Shown: positions 48,859-58,989 of the stretch, piece after piece
Numbering within the stretch: position 1 is the first letter of the stretch
Layout: each line of letters starts with the position of its first letter
DNA from: an uncultured virus (IMG/VR IMGVR_UViG_3300046839_000025)
Taxonomy: Duplodnaviria > Heunggongvirae > Uroviricota > Caudoviricetes
DNA length: 64,000 bases
IMG/VR virus record: IMGVR_UViG_3300046839_000025
Direction: 5' to 3' (one strand)
Notes under the pieces: model-generated
The model's database searches: none
The model's input: the letters and a program-made list of their open reading frames with translations, nothing else
What the model was told of the DNA's origin: nothing
Program-made: the position numbers and the translations under genes

Positions 48859-50005
48859 TTTTCTTCCTCCAATGTTTTAAATTCTTCTTTTGCATTTTCG
48901 ATGTTTACTTCTGGCCGTTTGTCTGTGCTTGGCACCAGCGTCAGCTTCCCAGGAGGTTTTACAACCAGGCTGCCTAAGACATTTTGAAAGGTTTTCTTTC
49001 CCATCAGCTTTTCCATTTCGGTGATGGAAATCAGCTTACGGATGTAGATATCGTGAAAGCCGGCTTTTTCCGCGGCCTTAATGACAGCGCTTTCGTCCTT
49101 GTATTTCCGATTGCTTCTTCCATGAACGAGCTTCCAGTTTTTCCATTTCTTTCCGTGATGGATCGCCATGTTTGATGCGTACGAGCTTATGTCATTTGCC
49201 CATTTGTGAGCCTGGGAAGAAGGGGCAGGAGCTCTTCGATTTCCTCATCTGTGAGCTTAGGCGGGAGGGCAAATTCCTTCCGGGCAAGGGATAAATTGGC
49301 TTCTGCTCTTGCCCGGCATTTGACCGCGGCCTTGCAGAAAAGACACCAGTCGCCGCAGCAGAAATCTCCATTTCCTTCATTGGCAAGTTTCGCTTTTGGC
49401 TTGAGAACATCGATAGCCCATTTCTTGAGCTCCTTTACCGATTCCGTCCAGGTGCTGATATTCTCCCGCCTTGGCTGAAAGATTGTCATGGAGACTTCCT
49501 CAAAGTCGTAGAGATGTTCATAGAGATCTAATGCGCCAAGGGCATACAGCTTCATCTGCGGATTTTCCTCAGCTTTAACGACAATTCCCTGACCGTACTT
49601 GAAATCGATGACGTGGAGCCTGCTGTCTGACACGATGATGCAGTCCGAGGTGCCAAAGGATCCAGGCACGTATCTTGTCAGATCTAATTTTGTCTCCACA
49701 TAGACCTTCGCGTCCGGGCAGGTCTGTTTCTCTTTCTCCCATTGCTCCAAAATGTAGTCCCGGTAGTCATCGGTGAAGCCCTCCATCTCGTCTGAATCAA
49801 AGCTTGATATTGGTCTGCGGCTTCGCATCTTTAAAGCCTTCTTCAGCTTGTGCTCGGCCAGCGCGTGAGCCGCGGTTCCTTCTGCGGCAGCAGGCGTTTC
49901 CTTATCCGCAAAATCAAGTTCAAACCTCGGCGCTCTGGTGCAGTGAAGCCATCTTTCCGCGCTGGAAGGAGAGAGGATGGCGTGATTTCTAGCTGGCACT
50001 TCCAA
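48855..50005 (-). pseudogene. DUF2800 (PD-(D/E)XK, Cas4-like) nuclease split by one frameshift at ~49205
   Basis: HAILSPSSAERW, GTSDCII, IDFKYGQG, QMKLYALG, WCLFC; adding one A (acaaatgg) joins the two ORFs. Confidence 0.8.
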
Positions 50006-50276
50006 ACACCTCCGCTTCTTTCAGCATCTCGCTGTAATGCGAGGGATCAATGGCTGAGAGCTTGTCCGCGCCGTATTTCTTGATGAGTGCGCGGACCTTG
50101 TCGCCATAGCCTTCTCTGGACTTTGCTGCAAGTACTGCCCGGATGTCGGAAAGCTGAATCGGATCTTCCTGTTTAGCTGTTTCTTCCATCGGCGCATTCA
50201 CGATCCGCTCTAAGTCATCTGCAGCTTCCCGGATGTGTTTAATCAGGCTGCTTAAATCGTCTCTTCGGATAATCAT
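49989..50276 (-). CDS. Conserved phage hypothetical protein
   Basis: DIRAVLAAKSREG..VRALIKKYGADKLSAIDP. Confidence 0.8.
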   Translation of the reverse strand: MIIRRDDLSSLIKHIREAADDLERIVNAPMEETAKQEDPIQLSDIRAVLAAKSREGYGDKVRALIKKYGADKLSAIDPSHYSEMLKEAEVFGSAS

Positions 50277-50316
50277 AGCTTCTCCTTTCCTGAGTGTTTG
50301 TTTTACCTTACATATC

Positions 50317-50346
50317 CTCCGTCAAAGGAAAACCCGAAATCCGTAC
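50317..50346 (-). promoter_or_regulatory. GTACGGA...TTTGACGGA motif, copy 3
   Basis: Upstream of the DUF2800-SSB-PolA operon. Confidence 0.55.
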
Positions 50347-50388
50347 CCGTAAGAAGAAAAAAGTTTGATCAAAAAAGGCAAACCGTGC

Positions 50389-50612
50389 CTGTTCCGGTGA
50401 TCCAGTATTCCAGTGAATTCTCTATATACCGTATATATGTATATATGTGTCTATATAGGTATATATCTATATTTTTATTTTTAATAGAAAATAGTGGAAC
50501 AGTGGAATAGAGCAGCCGGGAAGCATTGAAAACACTGAGAGGAAAGTCGATCCAGAAAAGCTGATCCAGTGTTGTAATCACTGGAACTGGAATGCGTGAA
50601 GGTAATCCAGTT
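50389..50612. repeat. Origin-like block (GATCCAG/TGGAAC repeats around a TA-rich tract)
   Basis: Shares ttttaatagaa.atagtggaacagtgga with the two copies at 15260-15950. Confidence 0.65.
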
Positions 50613-50748
50613 GGGGGACGGAGAGCAAGGACGGAACAGGGGTGATTTTTGGGTGTTGAATAAATTGACTCGGCAAGGTGTCATCGCTAAAATGAAATCA
50701 GGTAAGGATTTACCGCTTTGAAAAAAGACCTAAAGCAGCGGGAGGCTG

Positions 50749-50964
50749 ATGGCAGTGATTAGAGAAAGCGATGTTTATCCTAAGATTTGTCCGATTTGCG
50801 GAAAGAGTGTGATTGAAGAAGAGGATGATATTTGTCCGGTCTGTTATTGGCAAAGCGACCCGGTGCAGGAGGACGACCCGACCTATGCAGGCGGCGCTAA
50901 TAATTTAAGCTTGAACCAGTACAGAGAAGAGTATCGGAAGAAATCCGTAACCTTTAATAAATGA
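50749..50964 (+). CDS. CPCC-family cysteine-rich protein
   Basis: CPICG..DICPVCYWQSD..GGANNLSLNQYR; promoter TTGACT-17-TAAAAT at 50665-50693. Confidence 0.8.
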   Translation: MAVIRESDVYPKICPICGKSVIEEEDDICPVCYWQSDPVQEDDPTYAGGANNLSLNQYREEYRKKSVTFNK

Positions 50965-50998
50965 GGAGTAGCAAGACTCAGAGAGAAAGGAAAAGAAT

Positions 50999-51325
50999 AT
51001 GATCAATTTTTCTGATATGGTGTTGTGTGACATCAGCAGTAAAAAAGTGGATGTTCACATCCGGGTTTCCGGCGATGATGAAGGTCTGCATTTCAGTGGC
51101 TATGAGATTGGCCCTGTTGTGGACGATTCCTGGGGAGATGACGATTATGAATATTGGTATAATCTGGATGCCGAGAATGCAGAGAAACTGCTGGAACTGA
51201 TTGAAGGAACGGATGATCCGAAGGCGGCGCTTGTGCGTGAATTCAGCGGTACGGATGGACTGAGGAAAATGACAGATCTCTGTAATCAGAACAATATCGA
51301 GTACAGTTTCCATTCGTATGTCTGA
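50999..51325 (+). CDS. Acidic hypothetical protein
   Basis: 108-aa ORF with AGGA RBS; WGDDDYEYWY. Confidence 0.7.
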   Translation: MINFSDMVLCDISSKKVDVHIRVSGDDEGLHFSGYEIGPVVDDSWGDDDYEYWYNLDAENAEKLLELIEGTDDPKAALVREFSGTDGLRKMTDLCNQNNIEYSFHSYV

Positions 51326-51578
51326 TTGCCTGAGAGAATTTTTTAGAATATGGAGTACTTTCGTTTATCCATTCTCGCGATGAACATGGATAGTTTGCAA
51401 AGGCGATAAAGGCGATCTTTATCTTTGGTCGTATAATGGCTCAATTAATAAAGCTCATTAAGCACACAGAATCCTACAGGTATCGTTCGTAGAATTTTAG
51501 GAGCGCTTAATGAGCAGGTGATAAATAATTTATTTTGTAAGTATTATTATAACCATTATATGGTTTTATAGCGAGATA

Positions 51579-52109
51579 TTATTCGGCTTTCTCCGGAGCC
51601 ATCTGTTTCATGGACTCTTCCATTTGCTCAGATAACTGATCCATAGTCTGTTTTTTTAATTCATCCGATATGCCAGGGATCGTATCGAGATATTGTCCAA
51701 TATAAACTTTGTAAACTCTCATACCCTGATGATTGTAAACTTCATAAAGCTTTTTGAACCATTTATCGTATACTTCGTACTCATCGCCCTTTGAGGCCAT
51801 GTGAGCCGCGAGTTTTTCTCCTCCTTCAACCTGTACATCTGCGATTGTCTGAACTTGATCATTCGCTATAGTTGCCAGGTCGTTAATGTCGCTTTTTCCA
51901 GCTGCCTTTTTTTGATATTCTTTTACGGCATTGGTTCCAGCCTTTTTGATTTTTGAACTGTACTCACTATAGATAGTTTGGTACGAAACTTTAGGTTTTT
52001 TTGTACTTGAAGAACTGCCACTATCAGAACTGTCCGATCCACACGCTGTGAACGCAAAAGCGATCACTGTGATTAGAGCGAATACTGCAATCCTTTTGAT
52101 TACTTTCAT
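51579..52109 (-). CDS. Lipoprotein (moron)
   Basis: Lipobox FTAC followed by a Ser-rich linker. Confidence 0.8.
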   Translation of the reverse strand: MKVIKRIAVFALITVIAFAFTACGSDSSDSGSSSSTKKPKVSYQTIYSEYSSKIKKAGTNAVKEYQKKAAGKSDINDLATIANDQVQTIADVQVEGGEKLAAHMASKGDEYEVYDKWFKKLYEVYNHQGMRVYKVYIGQYLDTIPGISDELKKQTMDQLSEQMEESMKQMAPEKAE

Positions 52110-52230
52110 TTTTCCTTACCTCATTCGCATTGCTATTCAGCAGAAATCAACGTAGCTTCGTGATAAATTTGTTTTGAGAATTTTCACATTATCGAATAGT
52201 TTATAAATTAATGGTTACATTATCTATCCG

Positions 52231-52584
52231 CTATGCTTTCTTGGATTTTATAATCGAAATAATAGCCAGTACTGCACATATCAGGCACCAACCCGCCCAT
52301 ATGCGTAAATCTGAATAATCACCAGCCATTGAGAATCCGAGTAAGGCTGCCAATCCAAAGAGAATTATTAAAGCAATGTTTCCGCCTTTTCCAGTCTTGT
52401 TTCTAATTGCAATCGAAACAATTCCTGCTGCTAGCATAAGTATAGCGACAAATAATCCCGCCGAGCCGCTGGATTGGTTGTTACCATCAAGTGCATTATA
52501 CATTCCTGCAGCACCTGACTGGAAAACAACGAAAACCGATAAAACTATAGATAAAATACCCGATACTAATTTCCAAATTTTCAT
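52231..52584 (-). CDS. Four-helix membrane protein (moron)
   Basis: Four hydrophobic segments; AGGAGG RBS; promoter TTGAAC-17-TATAAT at 52651-52679. Confidence 0.8.
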   Translation of the reverse strand: MKIWKLVSGILSIVLSVFVVFQSGAAGMYNALDGNNQSSGSAGLFVAILMLAAGIVSIAIRNKTGKGGNIALIILFGLAALLGFSMAGDYSDLRIWAGWCLICAVLAIISIIKSKKA

Positions 52585-53019
52585 TTCTGTTTTCCTCCTT
52601 TAAAATAATCGCTTTACATATCTTGTTCTTTGAACAATTCGCTTTACTTGATTATACAACTGAATGTATTATCGTTCAATCTATTATTTCCCTTGATGGT
52701 GTCAAGAAGAGGTAGTGAGATTATTTTATGACACCAACTGGGAAATCATTCTAATTGTGGCAGGGCCAATAGTTTGAAACAATTATCGCGGTTTGAGGAA
52801 ATCTCAGAAAGAAACAGCGGGTTCCCAAGGCGTCATTCCTTTTTGGGTCTTTTCTTTTTTGTAAACATAGATGAAGCTAAAGTCGACGAACTTGAAGAAG
52901 TGTCTGAGAATGGTTACATTGCAGACATTTATACTGAGGCGGAGTTAGGTTATAGCGATGGGTTGTATCACGGAGGAGGACTAAATTTCTTGCCGCCCTC
53001 GGGCGGTATTTTTATGTGA

Positions 53020-53062
53020 AAAAAGCCCACCAGCGTCCCGATGAGGGGATGCCAGTGGGCGC
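53020..53062 (-). terminator. Terminator after endolysin
   Basis: gcccac...gtgggc stem with a T run on the - strand. Confidence 0.6.
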
Positions 53063-53065
53063 ACT

Positions 53066-53764
53066 TTATTTCAGCAGCTGATTGACTTTTTCCTGCACGG
53101 CGGCGTAGTCGTATCCGGCGGCGGTGAGTTTCTGTTTTCGCTCGGTTCCGTTACCCCATTTTCCGGCGATGACTTCCTTGGCAATTTCCGTAGTAGATTT
53201 CTTGCTGCTGCTAGAAGTTTTGGAAGAGGAACTGCCTGAAGAAGAGCTTCCCGTCAGTTTCTTGTGAAGAACGGCCCAAGCTTTAGCAGAAATATATCCG
53301 TTTGGACAGATCTTTCCATTGACGTCAAAATGCCGGATCACATGAGAGGCTGGGATACCGTACTTTTTCATCAGTGATTTGACCAGAGGAGCGGCGGTTT
53401 CAATAGCAGTCGGCGTCGGTACCACCATTCCATTTTTCTTGTAGCAGCAGAGCTCGATTCCAATCGAGTTATAATTTGTGCAGACGTGAAAGTAGGTCGC
53501 TCCCCGGTTTCCCTGGTTCATGGCTCTTCCGGTATCAAGAAGGCCTCCTCCACAGTGCCAGGCGGCTTTGCTCTCCGGGATGCACTGCCAGATTTCGCTG
53601 TCTACAAAGTAGTGTGCGGAGGCCCTCCGGTTCCCGCCACAGAAGTAGATGCAGTTGTTCTTCGCGGAGCTGATCGCTCCGACGTAGTGGATTACGATAA
53701 ATTTGACCTTCTGGCCATAGCGGCTCTCCTGGTTGTACTTACTGATCATTTTATTAATCTTCAT
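53066..53764 (-). CDS. Endolysin: amidase_2 plus Cpl-7 (CW_7) binding repeat
   Basis: IVIHY, ASAHYFVD, AWHCG, SIGIELC, RHFDVNGKICP; EIAKEVIAGKWGNG..RKQKLTAAGYDY. Confidence 0.92.
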   Translation of the reverse strand: MKINKMISKYNQESRYGQKVKFIVIHYVGAISSAKNNCIYFCGGNRRASAHYFVDSEIWQCIPESKAAWHCGGGLLDTGRAMNQGNRGATYFHVCTNYNSIGIELCCYKKNGMVVPTPTAIETAAPLVKSLMKKYGIPASHVIRHFDVNGKICPNGYISAKAWAVLHKKLTGSSSSGSSSSKTSSSSKKSTTEIAKEVIAGKWGNGTERKQKLTAAGYDYAAVQEKVNQLLK

Positions 53765-54179
53765 TCTTCACCCCATCTCTTTCTGCTTCATTGTGAAGCT
53801 GTTCTAACACGGCTTTGAGTTTACTTGGAATCGGAAGACCTAAGCGGCCTGCGTTTTCCAGAAGGCTGATTCCTTCGTTACTGAGATAAAAGAAAATGAC
53901 CGCAGTCCGAACGACTCCGGCCTTTCCAAGTACGTGAAGGTCTACGATGTTGGCAACCCCAACAAGCAGGAAGATCAAGGCCTTCTTTGCGATTCCTTTG
54001 AAGCCCACGTTGCTGGATAATTTCTTATCTGCAATCGCGCTCATGACTCCTGTAATGTAATCACAAACGACGAAGACGATAAGAGCGTATAGCGGCCCAT
54101 CGCAGCCTCCAAGGTAGTAGCCGATCCATCCGCCTAGGACGGCGAAGATCGTTTTTATTACTGCCCAGAATTCTTTCAT
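53754..54179 (-). CDS. Holin (phage holin 4 family)
   Basis: LGGCDG, DYITGV, LSSNVGFKGIAKK, NEGISLLENA.LGLPIP. Confidence 0.92.
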   Translation of the reverse strand: MKEFWAVIKTIFAVLGGWIGYYLGGCDGPLYALIVFVVCDYITGVMSAIADKKLSSNVGFKGIAKKALIFLLVGVANIVDLHVLGKAGVVRTAVIFFYLSNEGISLLENAGRLGLPIPSKLKAVLEQLHNEAERDGVKNED

Positions 54180-54193
54180 GGCTTTCTCCTTTC

Positions 54194-56428
54194 TCATGCG
54201 GTGCGTTTCCACATGTAAACAGATAGATAGGGCGGCATGTTTTTTCCGGATCCGTCCTCTCCGGTTTCGATATTGACGGCGGTTGTCTCCAGGTTTTCTG
54301 CGGTTTCACTAGAGGTGTATGTTGCGCCTTTCCAGTCGGTTGAAGAGCTGTTGATGACCGGCGCCTTGTAATTTCCGCTGGCAGAGGCCACGGACCTTTC
54401 GCTGACACCTGTCTGTACGTCGCTATAGTTATAGTAGAGATACCGCGAACCATCCAGACTTGGCCCATGCTTATGGGGACTCTGCTCGTGGGTGTGGCTC
54501 TGCTGCAGGTGGTTATGTTTGACCACAACTGCATCTTCCGATCCTCCGGTGCTTCCCGCGGCGTACGCGTCGCCAGCTCCAAGAAGGAAGGTGTCTTTGA
54601 TCCTTTCCCAGGTCCCTCCAAACAGATCAGAAGGGGATGCAGGGTTTACCGATAGGTAAATCGATCCCACCGGGTAAATGAGATCAAGAAGCTCCTTCCC
54701 TTTATAATTGAGCCCGCCGTTGAACTTAGCATCGTACTGACATTCAAAGCCGGATCCTTCTGAGATCTTCCCAATCGCAAGGCCTTTTCCTTCCGCGTGA
54801 AAATCCATAATGACTTCGGCGGTCTGAACAATAGTAGTCGCGCTGCCAGATCCAAAGTCATCCGTGACGGTCAGAGAAAGCTGATAGCGGCTGGTTGGAA
54901 GAAATTGTACATAGCCATCCGCGTCTTTAAGATCAAGCTGGCCAGACGCCTGGTAGCCCGTCATGGTCAGATTAATTGTGCCAGTGGACTTGTCGGTGAG
55001 ATTCATCCAGGTCAGAACGGCAGATTTTGAATTCTTGCTGTTTAATGAACTTACGGAGATCCCGTAGCTTACGCGTAGGCAGCTCCCAGACTCGTCAGCC
55101 GTAAGGTTACCGTCGCTATCTTCGCTCATGCGGGCAGCCTTTAGCGTTGTGACAGATGGAGAAGCGTAGGGAAGGACTGTGATTTCTTTTTCTGCAGTAA
55201 CAGAACTTCTGGATCTACCGTCCATGACAAAGGCGGAAAGCAAGGTAGAACCTTCTTTGATTTCTGCATCCGCTGTAATTACTGGCAGGGAAGAAGACAG
55301 GTAGCTTCCTTCCGTAAAGCCAGCAAAATAGGTCTTAATGGGAGAGCTGTAGCTTTCCGTTCCCGTGATTTTTATCTTTGGAATGGATTTTCCAGAGACA
55401 AAGCCTCCATAATGCTGGAGGAGGGTTTCTGTTTGATACGCATCATAAAAAACCGTATCGGTGACCTCGGTGATCTCTGCTGTTGGGATGACGGATGATG
55501 GCACGATCAGAGTCAATCCCTCCTGATCTGTAGCAAGCACACTGCCTTCGTAGCAGGTTTCCAGAAAGACCGTGCAGGAAGAAGACGTGGAGATTGTGAT
55601 CTGATTCAGAAGATCAAGTGGCGGGGTAAAGCTGGTCGTTCCCACGGCAGAAGAATCCGCAATTCCGTCTGTCCCCGTCACGCTGTTTACCTGGTAATAG
55701 AGATGATGTGTGTAGCCAGAGTAGTTCCCCTGAGTCGTTATTTCTACTGAATTTGCCCCGTCAACGATGCAGGAAGATGCGGAGAGAAAAAGAACGCTTG
55801 TTTCTGGCCGCTTTAATGTCAAACTGCAGCTGTTGCTTCCAAGAGAAGTAGAACCGTTATAGGTAGTGCAGGTAATCGTGCAGGTCCCGGATACTCCTTC
55901 CGTGCACCAGGAAAGAGGCGGCGTCCAGTTGACGGAGGCGGCTGTCGTTTTGGTCGCGATCGCATCGGATTTTCCATTCCAGGAAGCGGTCAATGTATGG
56001 GTAAAGGAAGACGATTTCCGGTTCGTGTTGATGGTCAGAGCCGTTCCGAGAGTCCCTGAAGCAGGGCATGATGGTGCTGATTTTCTTGCGATCGTGGTCA
56101 GCGTTTTCGTTAATGAATCTTTTACGGTTCCTGAGCTCGTGCTGGTTGCGTATGATGCAGAGACGGTTAGTTTCTTTGATCCGTCAGAGTTATGCTCGAT
56201 ATCCAGCGTTTTGCTGTAAATGGTATTGCTTCCGCTGGTCGTGTTGTTTGGGTTCAGGCTGACCGATTTGGTGTATTTGTCTCCATCGATGACGACGGTG
56301 AGTTTCGGCGGGTTATGATCAAAAGTTCCGGAGGTCCATTTTGCCGTGACTTTGACGGTGACATTTGAAGTGTTCGAAGAGACCGATGTGCTGTTTTCGG
56401 TAATTCCAATGGTAATCGATGCTGGCAT
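54194..56428 (-). CDS. Minor tail/receptor-binding protein (DUF859-like) with C-terminal baseplate-type domain
   Basis: TLTTIARKS, SSFTHTL; YPVGSIYLS..P..LFGGTWE, NMPPYLSVYMWKRTA. Confidence 0.8.
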   Translation of the reverse strand: MPASITIGITENSTSVSSNTSNVTVKVTAKWTSGTFDHNPPKLTVVIDGDKYTKSVSLNPNNTTSGSNTIYSKTLDIEHNSDGSKKLTVSASYATSTSSGTVKDSLTKTLTTIARKSAPSCPASGTLGTALTINTNRKSSSFTHTLTASWNGKSDAIATKTTAASVNWTPPLSWCTEGVSGTCTITCTTYNGSTSLGSNSCSLTLKRPETSVLFLSASSCIVDGANSVEITTQGNYSGYTHHLYYQVNSVTGTDGIADSSAVGTTSFTPPLDLLNQITISTSSSCTVFLETCYEGSVLATDQEGLTLIVPSSVIPTAEITEVTDTVFYDAYQTETLLQHYGGFVSGKSIPKIKITGTESYSSPIKTYFAGFTEGSYLSSSLPVITADAEIKEGSTLLSAFVMDGRSRSSVTAEKEITVLPYASPSVTTLKAARMSEDSDGNLTADESGSCLRVSYGISVSSLNSKNSKSAVLTWMNLTDKSTGTINLTMTGYQASGQLDLKDADGYVQFLPTSRYQLSLTVTDDFGSGSATTIVQTAEVIMDFHAEGKGLAIGKISEGSGFECQYDAKFNGGLNYKGKELLDLIYPVGSIYLSVNPASPSDLFGGTWERIKDTFLLGAGDAYAAGSTGGSEDAVVVKHNHLQQSHTHEQSPHKHGPSLDGSRYLYYNYSDVQTGVSERSVASASGNYKAPVINSSSTDWKGATYTSSETAENLETTAVNIETGEDGSGKNMPPYLSVYMWKRTA

Positions 56429-56431
56429 AAG

Positions 56432-58093
56432 TTATCCCTCCTGATCTTCCAGAAGTTTAAAAGACAGATTTCCGTTTGGCTGAGGGACAAAAGCAAAGTC
56501 ATCTTTATTGTCACCCGCGCTTCCAAAGCGGATAGACTCAAGGATCCTTGCCTTTGTGATCTTCATGGTGTCCGTATTAAAAAAGGCGGAGATCGCTCCG
56601 CCTGCGTAAAGGCTCATTCCTTGTTTAGATATCGTCACTTTGTAGGGCGATCCTTCTTCACCGATCTCAATGACTAGTTCTCCGTCTACTTCTGCAGATC
56701 GGATGTACTTAAGTGGCTGATTGATGAGGCTAAGTGCCTCTTGAGAGAAGCTCGAAATGAGAAGAGCGCCTGCCGCGATCTTTTCTGAAGTAATGGTGCC
56801 TTTACCGATTTTGCTTCCGTCGATAGTTCCAGATCCATCATCAAGGGACCATTCCTTTAAAATTTCTTTTGCCTCATCCACGGAAGACTTCATAGAAGAA
56901 AGCTTTTCCTGACCATCGATTGCCTGCTTGGCCTGGTCTGCTGCATCCTGGACTTTACTGTCCAGTTCATCCAGCCTTCCAGGGATGCGCTCTGTTCTTG
57001 CGACTTTTTCTGTGTGAGAGGTCCGGTCAGAATCGGTGTAGGTGATTTCATCGTAGATCACTTCTCCAGCTTCATCGGTCACGGTTTTTGTCTCTCCAAC
57101 GAGGCCTGTGATGGTCTCTGTGATCCCACCGTCCCCATAGACGTCTTCCTGAAGGCCAGTGACAGAACTATCCAGGCTGTCTGCCGTCTGCTGGGCCGCA
57201 TCTGCTGCCTGTTTTGCGGCGTCTGCTTTTGCGTTGATTTCAGACAGCGATTCTCTCCAAGGAGTCGCCAGGGCACCTTCCTCTACTTTGAGGTTCGCAA
57301 TGTCTAGTGTCGAGCCAGACGGCATAGCTGAAAGGTCAAAGGATAGATTCTGGGAAGATGCGGCTACTCCAAGAGACAATGCCGTGGAGGAGTAGTGGAT
57401 CCATACGCCAGAATTATCGGTGTCTTCACCCGCAGCAGTATTGTCAATGTCTGAGAAGGCGATCTGGATATTGCTTCCATCGCTGTCCTGCATACGGACT
57501 GGAATCGTAAATAGCTCAGACATTCTGATATCCGCTGATAGGGTGTAGCTGTTTCCTTCCGGCTGACTGGACAGCACATTTCTAAGGTCCGCTGCGAAAA
57601 AAGAAAGACTGTTTTCTCCAGCGGTTGTGCAGGTTACCGTGAGGTAATTGACGGTATCTAAATCAGTGTAGATGCCTTCCTCATTTTCTGAAAGCGTAAG
57701 GTTACTGGACGCGGACCAGCCGGTTACTCCCTGATTCGTAGAAACGAGTAGGTTGACATTTCCAATCTCTGTGTCGGTGTTCCCCTGGGTTAAGGTGATG
57801 TCCATGGAGTTGATTTCCGCATCTGCGGAAAGGTCATCTGCTGCATCTTCCAGTTCTTCTAGCCGATCTTCGAGATCTTCAAAAGTGCCTGGATCATTCT
57901 CTTCAGCAGGCTCAATTTCTTGCCAGCTGTATTTTGCCGGGTCCGTTGATTCTTCACTGGACTGGTCGGTATAGCGCCCGATAAAAAGGGCATCATTTGA
58001 TTCCTTGAGGCTTAAGTTCGTCCCGGCTTCATCATCTGCCCAGGCGGCATGAAGGAAGAAATATTGCTCATTAAATTTTGTCTTTACTACCAT
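56432..58093 (-). CDS. Minor tail structural protein
   Basis: HAAWADD..IGRYTD..DPAKYSW, KVEEGALATPW carbohydrate-binding-like domain, coiled coils. Confidence 0.7.
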   Translation of the reverse strand: MVVKTKFNEQYFFLHAAWADDEAGTNLSLKESNDALFIGRYTDQSSEESTDPAKYSWQEIEPAEENDPGTFEDLEDRLEELEDAADDLSADAEINSMDITLTQGNTDTEIGNVNLLVSTNQGVTGWSASSNLTLSENEEGIYTDLDTVNYLTVTCTTAGENSLSFFAADLRNVLSSQPEGNSYTLSADIRMSELFTIPVRMQDSDGSNIQIAFSDIDNTAAGEDTDNSGVWIHYSSTALSLGVAASSQNLSFDLSAMPSGSTLDIANLKVEEGALATPWRESLSEINAKADAAKQAADAAQQTADSLDSSVTGLQEDVYGDGGITETITGLVGETKTVTDEAGEVIYDEITYTDSDRTSHTEKVARTERIPGRLDELDSKVQDAADQAKQAIDGQEKLSSMKSSVDEAKEILKEWSLDDGSGTIDGSKIGKGTITSEKIAAGALLISSFSQEALSLINQPLKYIRSAEVDGELVIEIGEEGSPYKVTISKQGMSLYAGGAISAFFNTDTMKITKARILESIRFGSAGDNKDDFAFVPQPNGNLSFKLLEDQEG

Positions 58094-58102
58094 AGCGGCC
58101 TC

Positions 58103-58594
58103 CTACAAAGTAGCGATCCAATAAAACGAGGTGTCGGTGTCGCTGGAGCGGTAAAGGCAGAGGTCAAAACCCTTGGTCGTGACGCTCTTAACGCTGAAGG
58201 ACACCAGATTAGGCGCCGCGGTGATCGGGGTGATGGCGACCGATGGGACAGAAGAAAAGGCCTTCGGAAAGTTCACGTGCTTGGTCACCACCTTGTTTTT
58301 CTTTGCGTCAACACGGGCGGATCCTCGCTGGAGGTTCCTTACCTTGACGTTCTGGCTGGAGTCGATCGTAAAGGGAGAAAGCGCTGTAGTTACTGCATCA
58401 CTTACGTTTTCATTTACTTCCGTAATAACGCTCTGAAGCTCGCTGTTCAGGTTCGCCGCATTCAGCTGCGTTCCTTCTGTTGTGATGGTGCCTTCTGCAC
58501 GCGTCAAATCAAAGGTGCCAAGGACCTCTCCGGTATCGGAATTGGTCAGGGTATAGCGCCCCGGATGCTCGACGACGCGGTCAATAAATGCCAT
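58103..58594 (-). CDS. Tail-associated protein with H-type-lectin-like C-terminus
   Basis: EGTQLNAANLN; VNFPKAFSSVPSV..VTTKGF..FYWIA. Confidence 0.65.
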   Translation of the reverse strand: MAFIDRVVEHPGRYTLTNSDTGEVLGTFDLTRAEGTITTEGTQLNAANLNSELQSVITEVNENVSDAVTTALSPFTIDSSQNVKVRNLQRGSARVDAKKNKVVTKHVNFPKAFSSVPSVAITPITAAPNLVSFSVKSVTTKGFDLCLYRSSDTDTSFYWIATL

Positions 58595-58606
58595 AATATA
58601 GCCTCC

Positions 58607-58978
58607 TTAATATCCACTTGAATACGTCTCTGCTGCGTAAATTGAATCTCCACTGTAGGACGATGCCTTCGTCTGATCAAGCAGAATCTGGATTTGTTCT
58701 TTATACAGTAGCGTCAATTCTTCCACCTGGTTAAAGGTTTCTGCGGCCATTTCGCTCCCCGGAAGCGGGGCATTGAGTCCGGTAACAGCGCTAAGCTGAT
58801 TTAACGTAGTTAGAATCTGATTCCATTCAGTTACAGTCACAAAGTCATTTAAGCTGAAGTTCTCTTTCAGGTTTCCAGTTGGAAGAAGGACGTTTAGATT
58901 TCCGCAGATGCGGTTCATGTCCTCTGTAGTGACGCGATCTGAAGCAGTCCAGTCGGTTTTGGGTTCTTTCCATGTCAT
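58607..58978 (-). CDS. Tail-module hypothetical protein
   Basis: MTWKEPKTDW..DMNRI..N motif. Confidence 0.7.
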   Translation of the reverse strand: MTWKEPKTDWTASDRVTTEDMNRICGNLNVLLPTGNLKENFSLNDFVTVTEWNQILTTLNQLSAVTGLNAPLPGSEMAAETFNQVEELTLLYKEQIQILLDQTKASSYSGDSIYAAETYSSGY

Positions 58979-58989
58979 ATTCCACCTCG

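Noticed and set aside
48855..50005. Cas4/CRISPR adaptation gene, or programmed frameshift
   Set aside because: DUF2800 next to SSB and PolA is a standard phage replication module; the break is one missing A in a short run, more likely error or mutation
52774..53019. 81-aa ORF as a real gene
   Set aside because: TTG start without a clear RBS; crosses a T-rich terminator-like tract; no recognisable motif
54194..58594. Diversity-generating retroelement acting on tail genes
   Set aside because: No reverse transcriptase and no template/variable repeat pair seen in the window
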